Shown here: in pieces, positions 1-9,899 of the stretch
Layout of the letters: each line of letters opens with the position of its first letter
How positions within the stretch are numbered: the stretch's first letter is position 1
Assembly: GCA_036172245.1 (NCBI GenBank)
Contig: JAYWIR010000009.1
Span: forward strand, 1,302,001-1,366,000
Reading direction: 5' to 3'
DNA: 64,000 nt
Source: Raillietiella orientalis
Lineage: Eukaryota
Position numbers and translations under genes: made by a program
The notes under the pieces: generated by a model
Databases searched by the model: none
Seen by the model: the letters and a program-made list of their open reading frames with translations, nothing else
Told to the model about the DNA's origin: nothing

Positions 1-242
1 AGTTTACATTCCCAAACACAAGCGATCTCGTTTCGATCTCATGTGTGTCAAAAGACCGGTCCATCGGATGATATCTTCCAATGCTTCGTCCTTGCCTTGT
101 TATTCCATTGAAACGCTGTAAATAAATCATCTGACTGCTGCAGACACAGGAGAGACCCGTTTTCCCACCCTGAATTCGGACACCTTGCATGCAGCCACGT
201 TCACAAGGTGTTGGAGCTCCTGCAAGAAATGCAAATGCTTAT

Positions 243-1269
243 GCCCGCGTTGGAGGCCTTGTGGTTAAGGCTTCCTCATGTGGCACCGTGAGTCGCGGGT
301 TCGAATACTCCGGCATGAAACTGACGCAACTGCGTCGTTGGGTTCCGAGTTTCTCCTGCAATGGCGCTGGTTGGCCGAGACATTCAGGCGTGGCACCGGT
401 AGCGGTTCAAACCGGAAGCCCCCGATGAAGGCTGGAACAATGGGAGTCGACCTTCGGGCCTTCCAGGAATAAAGGAGTGGGGAGTTCCCCCTCCGGTCGT
501 GCAACGGAGAGCAGACCCCCCTCCCCGGGGACCCCTCCGGTTTCAAGATGGAGCAGGAGCCTTCAAAGGCACCTCTCTGGTTGTTTAAAGGAGCGGATCC
601 CCCTTTGTTGCGGGGGGGAACCCTGCGAGTCGCCTCCTCTCCAGAAAAGTGCAAGGAAGCAAGCGAGGGCGACCCTTCTGAGTTTCGGAAGCGTCCCTTC
701 GGGGTTCTCTTCAGAGAGGTGAACAGGAGCGGTTCCCTTGCGGGTTCCCTCCGGAGAAGAAATTCCTACTAGCGGATCCTTTCCGGGTTCTCTTCGGAGA
801 AGATGAAATGGAGAGGACTGCCCTCCCCATGAGGGGGGTGTCCCTCCGGAGAGAATGAGGAAGGAGATTCCCTTCGGGGTTCCCTTCGGAGACAACCAGG
901 GTGGGAGGTGCGATCCTCCCCGTCCGGGGGGGATTCCTTCCCAAGCGTGAGAGGAACGGACTCTGAGCCCTTCCTGGATTCATAGGGCGGACCCCACCCC
1001 CATCCCGGGGTGCCATATCCTGATGGTTTTCGCAGGCGGAGAGGCGTGGAAACAAAGCAGTGTGTTTAAAAAAAAGGGCCACGTGCGCCGCGAGGCACGC
1101 GACCGGCACTTAGTGAACCAAAAAAAAGAAAACCGAAGAAAAAGCACACACACACAAAAAAAAAGAAAACCCGAAGACATGGCAGAAAAACCCTAGGATT
1201 CCCATCATCAATAGTAACGATCTCCTCGCGGGATCGCTACTGGCCTTAAAAAAAAAAAGAAAAGAAAAG
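243..1269 (+). mobile_element. tRNA-derived SINE, apparently full length (~1.03 kb), with A-rich tail and 10-bp TSD
   Basis: TSD AAATGCTTAT at 233-242 and 1270-1279. tRNA-like head at 243-314. A-rich tail at ~1248-1269. Homologous copies at ~18260-18515 (+) and ~46472-47407 (-). Confidence 0.85.
254..308 (+). promoter_or_regulatory. Internal Pol III promoter (A and B boxes) in the tRNA-like SINE head
   Basis: A-box-like AGGCCTTGTGG (254-264) with D-stem GCCT/AGGC (256-259/268-271). B-box GGTTCGAATAC (298-308). The copy at 47.3 kb has GGGTTCGAATCCC. Confidence 0.75.
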
Positions 1270-2220
1270 AAATGCTTATCGACTGGGTGATAAACTGCTA
1301 TGTGGTATGTGGTGGTTTTACTTCTCGGGACAGGGTGGGGCCCGAGCTGTGAACATCATCGCTCAATTTTCTAATTCGCTGGACTTTTATCGTGTGGATC
1401 TAGAAGAGGAGGCATTCGTGCTCAAGAAAGTGAACACCACAAGGCGTTTGTGGAATCCAAGATGTGGGCATCATTAATGGACATCTGAAACTTCATTTCA
1501 GATGCCAGCAGCGATACACATCACAAGTTGCATCTGCTAGGACAAGTAGGAACGGACGCTGTGCGATATATGGAGCAAAAATCTGATGATGACCGTTCCA
1601 TGCAATGATTTTTTACTCCGTGCATTGCTCCATGTATCTACAGAATTTCGTATATCTTTCGAAAGTCTTGTGCAGATCCGAAAAACAAGTGGACTTGGTT
1701 CAAGCTTGCAACGGAAACAACCTGAGCAAAGATGAGCAACCACGGATCTCTGTGAGGTGGTTCCAGCAGGTGAAGGAGACGCGCCTCCTTGGAGATACGT
1801 GCCTCCTTCACGCCTGTTAACGAAGAGGCTGCCTGGGTAGCTGAGCGAGCTCAGCAGCCTCATCTCAGTCGGTTGGGCGTGCCCACTTCTATTGCAGGGA
1901 TAATAAGGCAAATGGGAGCATCACCTGAAAAAACGTCTGCCCCATTGCAAAATCCGAGTTCTTCCTGCCATCCCTTCATCAGGTGATTACGACACCGGCA
2001 GAAAACGCAATCCTTTACAAATTCACAAATGTTTACACAATGTTGCATTGAGATGAGTGGACTTGTCCGCGGTCCTTGGGCGCGCCTGCTGTCTTTTTTT
2101 CGTTGTTGCTTCACCTTGCGGTCGGGGAGCACCAGAAGAATGTCAGTCAAGCCAGAACAGCGCGAAAACCTTCGTCCACACTCACTGAGCTCTCTCTTGT
2201 TGCGGTTTCGACTTTTTTTT

Positions 2221-2240
2221 CTCTCTCTCTCTCTCTCTCT
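2221..2240. repeat. (CT)10 microsatellite preceded by a T run
   Basis: Read directly from the sequence. Confidence 0.95.
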
Positions 2241-2419
2241 TTCAAAATTCGTCATCTAAAAGGCGGCGTGCGCGTGCAAATTTTGCAAATGCATGTGCAT
2301 CTGTGCTTCGCTCTTCGCTCGCTCGAAGTTGACGCTCGCGCACGCATGCGCATTGCCTCGGAACCGACGCGCGCAGCGCGCAAGCATTGTTGCCGAGTCT
2401 AAAAACCGCATTTTTTTAT

Positions 2420-3010
2420 TTCCTCGCGTCCGGGGAACATCGGGAGTAAACATGGAGCTCTCACAAGCTCAGAACACCGGGGAAGTCTGGCGCTGGCCGC
2501 CAGTTTCGGTGCCCGCCAGAATGTGAACGGGTATCCTTCGTTTCCCTTTCTCTGCCCAGCTCGTGGACCTCTCTAAATTCCATGATAACTGAGCTTTCTG
2601 TAGCTCTGCGCTGATGGAAGCTGATTCACATTGAATTTCGGTGCCGATGGGTCTCTTGTCTTCTTGGATCCGACTTTCGCTGCGTCTCAAAATTGTTGAT
2701 TATTACAAGAGATTTCATTAGCTTCACTAGCATTCGCAACCGTGTGCATCCCCCTTCCCCCCTCCCTTCCTTTCGTTTATTTAACTTCCAAGCAAAAATA
2801 CCAGGGATGCCAGGTTGTTCGGAAGGTCTGTTTTGACCGCAAGCTGGGGAAGAAAACAAGTCAAGAAGAACAAGGGCAAGCCACGGATAGAAGGCCCTTA
2901 GAACTTCCCTATTTCCAGCGGGTTTCCTTCCGAATTTCCCTGGCCACCATTCTGCCCAGATAGGAGGGAAAGTTATTCTCTCAGCCCTCAGCTGTGGAAA
3001 CATGTGAGCC
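2420..3010 (-). mobile_element. LINE apurinic endonuclease (APE) domain fragment, degenerate
   Basis: Minus-strand motifs in the expected order across shifting frames: GIFAW (cf. NIYAP), SLVIINNF (cf. IIGGDFN), YPFTFW..ASARLPR (cf. FT..SRLDR). Confidence 0.5.
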
Positions 3011-3039
3011 AACATAGCTCGCGGACTGCGCGCTGAGCA

Positions 3040-5300
3040 AAATGGCCCTTCTGCGTAGTCACGCCTTCATGGTTCGGAGAAGGGATGCCAGCACGTCGCG
3101 ATCCGAAAGTGATGATGAAATGATGACAGCAATGCCGGAGACACGCTTTTTGCATTTTTCCCATCCCGCGCATGCGCAAGGGCAGCCGCTTGCTTCAGCT
3201 CAGCTTTCGTGGGCACGATCGGGGGCGCTCCGCCGCGGAAACTCTACCAGAAACAGCCCACCAGGTCGAAATCAGGGTTCCCATGGGGAATCTAGCATGG
3301 GGACGTTCGTCAGGAGCATCAGATACGACCGGATCGCTCGCTCTCTTGCGGCGCCGGACGTGTTTAGCGCGATGCCTCCCTTTGATCCCGTCTCTCATTT
3401 CCTCCAGGCGTGCACAGGGAATTCGGGAGGGACCGACCACCCTCCACATTCTCGATGCGACTTTCTTGGGGAGAAGGAAGGAAGGGAATTCTGGAATCTT
3501 CTCGGCAGCGCACGCTATGAGGAAATTCTCCCATCGCCCTCCAAAAGGCGGCATCGTCCCCGCCGCTGTCGTGGGTAGGTGCCGTCGTCCCATTCGAGCT
3601 GTCGTTTCAGCAGAACGAACGGGACAGAACAGCACCGGAGGCGCTCGTCCTTCGTTCCCTTGGCCCCGGTGTCGGCTTCGCCGCGTGCCACTCCCGTTTC
3701 TCCCGTACGAAGCGCTGGGAAGCAGTCCAGGCTGGGAGGCGGTACACAAGGATGTGTCGGGGCAGCGGTAGGCAGAATAGGTCGTCACCGGCGGTGGAGC
3801 CCCATTTTCCCTCCCCTCACGTTCTTCCGACCCAGGAACCAGCGGACGTGCCTCCCGACTCTTCAGGCAGGGCTTTGTTTTGAAGTTACTGACCCGGGGG
3901 AAGCAGCCTCCAGCCGAGGAGTCGTTGACTGGCGAGAGTTTCGCTCCCTCCCGGGAAGGGCGCACGTGGAGGACAGTGAGCTTCCCCGTAAGGGAACACC
4001 CCTGGGCAGTCTCGGCCTCCCACCAGGCAGGGAGAAACGTCAGAGCGTTTCCCGTCGTGACTCCATTTCAACGGAGCCCCGAAGGATCGATGGCACACAT
4101 TTTGGATAGCTGCCCTCATCCAGGAATCGCTCCCACCCCACTTCCTCCCTTAGACGGCGAGGAGTTCGAACAGGGTTTCGGGAAGTCCCCACAATCGGAC
4201 AGGAAGGCAGTCGAGGAGCGGGTTCTCAACAAGCAGCCACTTTCACTCCACCCTCAAGTCAAAATCCATCCGCAGAGGACGTGCAAGAGGAGGACGAGAA
4301 GGGCGAAAAGAAAGAGCAGCAGGTGGAGGCTAACGGAGGGACAGGAGCCACGGAGACCGGGCTTCCCCGATGGCATGCTGACACGTTCCTGAAGCGGCTC
4401 CTTTCCCCAGCGGGGGCTGCGCTCGCAAAGTGTGACCTCATGCTCAGGCAACGACGACGCCGGAGGTGAACCCTACCGAACGGGAGTAGCGCGTGTTTTC
4501 CCTCGGTCCCGGATGGACTCCGAGCTGAACCGACGTGGCCGGCGGCCAAACCAGTCCTCGTGCGCAGGCGCAATCCAGGGAGAGGGAAACGATAAGCCGC
4601 AGAGGGCGACTTGGCAGCGGGAACGGCCACCGCGTTGCGAGGCCATGAACATCGCCTCGCGCGATCCCCCTACCAGAGATGTCCGGAGACCAGGGGGAGG
4701 ACGGGACACTGACGCCTCTGCTTCACCGTAGCCGCTCTGTCGGAGATGGCTGCTCTCGGTGAGCGCCTCCCAGAATGATGCAGAGAGCCGCCTTCCTCCG
4801 CGTTCGCGTGGTCTGTTGGAACGTGCTCCAGAGGCGCGCCGGAGCATACGCCTTCCTCCCCGCCTCTCACTCATCCTGGTCACGCTCGCTCGCAGGGGGT
4901 GGCCCACATGAAGCTTGTGCTCGCGAGGGGTAAGAGGATCCCGGCCTCTCGTTCCTACCGCCTGCGGGTCAAGTGGTGCTACCTCGACCGGCTCCTACCA
5001 TAGCAATGCATCCGGAGACCCCAGCGGAGATGTCCTCCGGCAAAGTGGTAGGCCGGGAAAGACTCGGCTCGCCTCCCAGGTTAGCAGCGTGAGTCTCGAC
5101 TGGCCCAGCATCAGAGGCGCTGGGAAGAATTCCACGCCTGGTCCACCCCCTCCTGCCGCCGCGCGCTTTCCCGAGCCGCTTCGACGGCAGCGGCGATCTC
5201 TTTCGTCGAAAAGGGCTTGTGGAGGCGCGGGCGCTCCGCCCCCGCAAGCGCGGGAGCACCAGATGTTCAGGCGTGCTGCAGGGTGTCCATAGGGGCTGGT
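3040..5300 (+). mobile_element. 5' part of an L1/Tx1-like LINE: decayed ORF1 followed by the APE start of ORF2
   Basis: ORF1-like GRTWRTVSF..AHILDSCP (decayed zinc knuckle). From ~4645: MNIAS, VAALSEM (cf. LQET), HARSQGVAH (cf. S.GVA) and CYLDRLL (cf. SRLDR). Many frameshifts. Confidence 0.5.
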
Positions 5301-5699
5301 TTCTCATGAAGAAAGCAGATGACTCCACCGGAAGGAACTTGGGGAATCTCCTTCCACCTTGAGGAACTTAAGTGGGCGACAGGAAGCGGTCTCCACCCGG
5401 GCGCGGACATAGAGAGAGCAGACGCTCAGGGACTCCTCACTCACTCCAGCCAGCAGTGGAGTTGTCAATCGGGTGCGCCGAGGGATTTGTTTATGAATTA
5501 AATAAACATATGCAGTCTCTGTGATTAGATCAATGGCCCAACCACGTTTTTTTCATATATTACCTGCCGCATTAGCTGTTCACAGTCCGGTGAGGTTCAC
5601 CACAGCAGCAGAGGGACGTTAGAAGCGAGATCACCGGCATCCATAGCCGGTTCTGAAGGAAAGGAGCGGCCAAACCAAAGACCCCTGTTCTCTACCCTC

Positions 5700-6650
5700 C
5701 CCATATCTTTATTTCTATTTTTTGTGGACCCCTCCCTCCCGTTCCGGACTTTCGGTTAACCGACCTGCGTGTCGGGATCCTCCCCTTCGTTTCTTCTGTG
5801 TCCTCTGTCCGGGAACTCTGTTCCTGGATAGTTTAGGAATAAACGCCCCGGCGCACCCGGGTGAGAAACAGCAGCAGAGGGGAGGGGCAAACCAAAAAAA
5901 ATAAATGAGCAAATTTGGAGTGGGGGTGAGAAAAGGGATCACTGTCTGCTGGGGACGGTCCTTTGCATCCTTTGAAGAATGCCGGCAAGGTCCTGCTGGG
6001 TATGGGGCCATCTTGTCACCGCCCTCATGAAGTGGAGGGCGAAGTGGACGTAGTACCCCTGTCTTTCTGTCCTCTTGCGTCGCTCCAGGCAGCGACGATC
6101 CCGCATAGGCAGCAGAGAGCTGTCAGAGAGACTGTGGGCCGAAGGGTGCTTCGCGCAAGAGGAGGGGACTTAATGCGTCCCTGGAGTTGCCTCCGGAGGT
6201 TCCTAGGGTCGCAGAAAAGCGTTTCCGGAAGAACCGGTGGGCAGCAAAGTCCACAAAGAGGTGCGAGTGGGTTTCACGTCCCGCTCACCTGCTACAGTTC
6301 GGGTCCACTGCCCCGTGTCCAGTGATGCCGGCGGACGTTGCAGAGGAGACTCTGGTGCAGCAGCAGCAGCGCGGAACTCCTTCCACTTTAATGGGAGGGT
6401 GCGTCTGTCCGAGAGCACTGGGGGTCACGACAGGTCTTCCTCCGGAACAGCCAATGGCACGCCCAGCGCAAGAACCAGCGAAGGAACGGGCGGGTGCATT
6501 CGGGGGCTGCAGCGCTGTCTTCGCCAAGGAAAAGAGATGGCAGTGGCTCCAGGCTACCCAGCCTCGTCGCAGGCGTGACCCGGAGGAAGGACGGAAGCGC
6601 GAAGTAGGCGTCGCGGCCGCTCCGACGAAACAACTGCAAGGACTCCGGAG
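5700..6650 (-). mobile_element. 3' end of an L1/Tx1-like LINE (zf-RVT region plus 3' UTR)
   Basis: Minus strand LLLLHQSLLCNVRRHHW..VDPNCSR..THSHLFVD resembles the C-terminal Cys-rich zf-RVT domain. It is homologous to 13350-13800. AATAAA lies near 5708 on the minus strand. Confidence 0.65.
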
Positions 6651-6709
6651 TACCTGCTTGATTTTCTTTCAGAAGGAACTGGTGATCCTCTCCATCCCGC
6701 ATCCAAGGA

Positions 6710-6832
6710 ACAGGAAGGCAGTCGAGGGAGGATGCTCAACGAGCGGCCACTCCCACCCCACCCCCAAGTCAAAATCCATTCGCAGAGGACGTGCAAGAGG
6801 AGGACGAGAAGGGCGAAAAGAAAGAGCAGCAG
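6710..6832 (+). repeat. ~123-bp direct repeat of 4199-4322
   Basis: ACAGGAAGGCAGTCGAG...CGCAGAGGACGTGCAAGAGGAGGACGAGAAGGGCGAAAAGAAAGAGCAGCAG occurs at both sites, and the 3' half is essentially identical. Confidence 0.95.
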
Positions 6833-6999
6833 TTGGAAGAGGCCACCCACTTCCTGGATTAAGGGACGATGTCCCTCTTGTTACATTGGTGAGGAGCGGG
6901 GGGGAGGAGGGACCTGTGTGCAACGGACGGGGACTGTGGGAGGAGTGGGTTGAAGGGATTCGTTTCAGAATCCTGAAAGACCTCAAAAGTAGATGCTGT

Positions 7000-8050
7000 A
7001 TGTTCATTATGTGTATGAATATATGAATTTTTATATATATTGATGGAGAAATTTATCTTTACATACATATGAACCCAAATTATATATCTATTATATGTTA
7101 AAGTATGTATTTATATAGAATAATATATATTATAAGGATTATAAAATGCTTATCATATGTTTTAACATAATTAACATGTTTATTATATATATATTAATGT
7201 GTATATGGATATATAAATTGACATTTAGGTTAATGTATATTCTAAAGATCATAAAAAATGAATATATATGTCTTTTATGCATCTTTACATACATATTTAA
7301 ATAGAGGTTAATATAGAAATTTACGTAAGTATGCATATTTGTTAATAGGATTAATAATATGGATAAATATGCATTAACACATGCTCACTGAAGATCAGAA
7401 AAATTGCTTTTTGGATACATTGATACATGTTTGTACACATAATAAATATACATGAAGCTAATGGAAAGATCTGCAACCGTAAACGAATCCATCTAACGTT
7501 CGGAATCCCGAAAATAGAATTCGTCCTCTACTGAGAAAGTGGCATTCGCTGGAAGTCATTGAAAAGGAAAGAAAAATGGGGTGCCAGTTTTCCTGTACCG
7601 TGTTTTTGGTTTCCTTCCTCCATTTCGAACCGCTGCAGTTCTTTTTTATTTTATTTTTTCATCCCTTTTTTCTTTTTGAAACTCTGATACTTCCGCATTC
7701 ATTTGATACGTCTTCCTTGTATTTATAAGTGTTTACAAATATACATTTTCTGCAGTTCGCCTCTTACCCCTCATAAACATAAGTACTTATCTTTTGTAAC
7801 TTTTAACACATATTAATAGTGCGTGAAAACATACTGTTCATTATGTTAATAAATATGCACGTTAAAACAAATTTGCATATTAGTCCATATATAAAATACA
7901 TATCAAGGTACATATTAATGTACATGAGAAACGTGTGTATTTATTTTTAAGGTCTTATATCTTTAAGAAACGATTTTTAAGATCTCGTACCTTTTATATG
8001 TGTATATATCAAGATACATATTAATTAATACATGATTAACAATAAATAAA
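7000..8050. repeat. AT-rich foldback-like element with degenerate inverted arms (~7170-7450 vs ~7715-8040)
   Basis: Several colinear reverse-complement matches. Example: the reverse complement of 7170-7215 (TATATATCCATATACACATTAAT) matches ~8003 (TATATATCAAGATACATATTAAT). 7235-7262 matches ~7940 and 7410-7450 matches ~7718. Confidence 0.55.
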
Positions 8051-8059
8051 TGAATAGGG

Positions 8060-8900
8060 AAGGGCATGGACCGGCCCCACAGTACTCGATGGTGTGATCC
8101 CCGAGGGCGTGCATCGGATAGGGAGGGAGGAGGCGATGTACGCTCGCCGGTATCTGGATACTCTGCCACGATTGCTCGAGGGCTCCCTCGAAGCTCCCAC
8201 CCCGGGCTGGACCACTTCACCGCCCTTCGCATGTAGGTGACGGTGGTCGCAAGCGACTCCTCGGGACAACGGTCACACCCGTCCTCCATTCTGAAGGCCT
8301 CCGTGACTCGCGCGCACGTGGCAGAGAACCATCAGCGAGGAGGCAACCCGTGAGCCTTTAGGAGCAGGCAAGCCTTCGGACAAGTCCTGCAGGCAGCGTC
8401 GGGGGCTGAAGGGCTTCAGCGACGCGCTTCTAGCCCTGGCCCAGGCTTCCACGTTCGTCGCGGAACCGACCAACTGGGACCGCGCATCCGCCACGTCTTC
8501 GGCCTCATAGCCGCCTTCCCTACGTGGAAACGGCGGAAGTTTCCAGACCGCGAGGCGGTGGCGGGTCCTCCTCCACGGTCTCAGGAGCGGGGGAAGCTCC
8601 TGGGCGGATGCTCCTGCGAAAAGCTGGTCAATGCGGCTGCACCTTGCACCCGGACGTTCGGGAACTTCGAGTGTGACCCCGGGGCAGTTGTTCGTCCCTC
8701 CCCTGTGCTTGAACACTGGGTGATCCCATGTGGCGCGCGAGCCCCCCACTGGACAAGGGATCCCTAGGCTGTGGCCGGGAGCGAGGAAACGGCAAACCTT
8801 CCTGCGCTCGTCGCTGGAAGTTCCCTGAGCGTCTGGGAACGCTTTCCTGCGGTCCTCCCGCTCCCTATGGGCAACGGCAGAGAGGGGTTTCGCGGTGCCT
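8060..8900 (+). mobile_element. LINE APE-domain fragment, degenerate
   Basis: VTVVASDSSGQR (cf. D..GR), AHVAEN (cf. NVYAPN), EHWVI (cf. SDH..V) and RRWKFPERL (cf. WKLN..LL). Confidence 0.4.
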
Positions 8901-9299
8901 CTTCGAGGGCGAAGTGATGTTGCCCGCAGCTTCCCTCGAAGCTCCGTGCTGCCTTCGTGGGATCGTGGAGGAGAGAAACAGCGCGGAAGGAGGCCAGCTG
9001 AACTCTAAGGTCACCCCAATCGTCTGCTCCTTCATGAGGAAGGCAGCAAGATGGCCGCATCTCTGCCAACTCCAGGAAAAAATTTGTGATACCTTCCCTC
9101 CCATCAATACATTTTTCAGACTGGACTTTTGTTTATCCTTTCCTCCCACTTCTCCTATGCGGACCTCATCGGGGAGGTTTTCCAAGAGAAACAGCGCTTC
9201 CGAATCTCCCTCCGTAATGGTGATGTGAAGTCATTACGAAGAAGGCATTTTTAATATTTTATACGAATTTTATTTTGTTTTACAATGAGCGCCCCGGCA

Positions 9300-9720
9300 T
9301 GACCGTGTGAAAATGCCCTTTCTCGGGTGGCAACATGACGTGGTGCTCCTGTTGCACTGGAGTCTCCCTTGCAGCAAGCCCCTCCGCCACGTCACGAGCG
9401 GGAGAGTCTCTCCCTCCCGAGTGTGGCTGCTGACGAGGCGCGGAGTCAATCACCGGGGCCGTGGGAGCGACCGGTTCCTGCATATCCTAGGCACTCCTGT
9501 TGAGCTGCTGCGTCTCTCCCTCTCCCGAGAGGGTAACCCGCCTACCGCGGCGATCGGAACTGCAGCATCCGCACGGCCCTCTACTTGCCGGAGCTGTAGC
9601 AACACCATCGGAGAGCCGCCTGCATCGTTGCCTCCTTCATGAGGAAGACTTGCAGACGATCCCATGTGTGCCTGTGTGGGAGGGTAGAAAAGTCAGCAGG
9701 AAGATCGCCATCATCATTCT
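9300..9720 (+). mobile_element. LINE ORF2 C-terminal (zf-RVT-like) fragment
   Basis: WQHDVVLLLHWSLPCSKPLRHVTSGRVSP resembles the LLxHxxLPCN.RR segments of the copies at 6.3 and 13.7 kb. Confidence 0.5.
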
Positions 9721-9899
9721 GCAGCAGTTTTAGAAAGGAAGGTCACAGACTTATTTGTTCATGCTGACCTCCCAACTCCATGAGTACTCCGAAAAATTTC
9801 CTTAGCTGACCTGCGAGTCTTCAAGAACCCCCAAATGATTTTTTTCTTTTTTTTTTTGATCCGCCAGAATAGAACTTGCTGCTGCAGTTTTATTTGTTT

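Larger units (their letters stand above)
1..1950 (-). mobile_element. Degenerate Ty3/gypsy integrase remnant, interrupted by a SINE at 243-1269
   Basis: Minus-strand translation gives ..KDIRNSVDTWSNARSKK.. (decayed C..C zinc region), DDVHSSGP (cf. SDNGP) and KTTTYHIAVYHPV (cf. TT.YHPQ), with stops and frameshifts. The sequence resumes on the far side of the SINE TSD. Confidence 0.5.

Noticed and set aside
243..314. Functional tRNA gene
   Set aside because: The acceptor, anticodon and T stems do not pair properly, and the sequence is the head of a repeated element with a tail and TSD.
690..895. CRISPR-like repeat array
   Set aside because: The units are degenerate with no unique equal-length spacers, there are no cas genes, and the context is a eukaryotic SINE.
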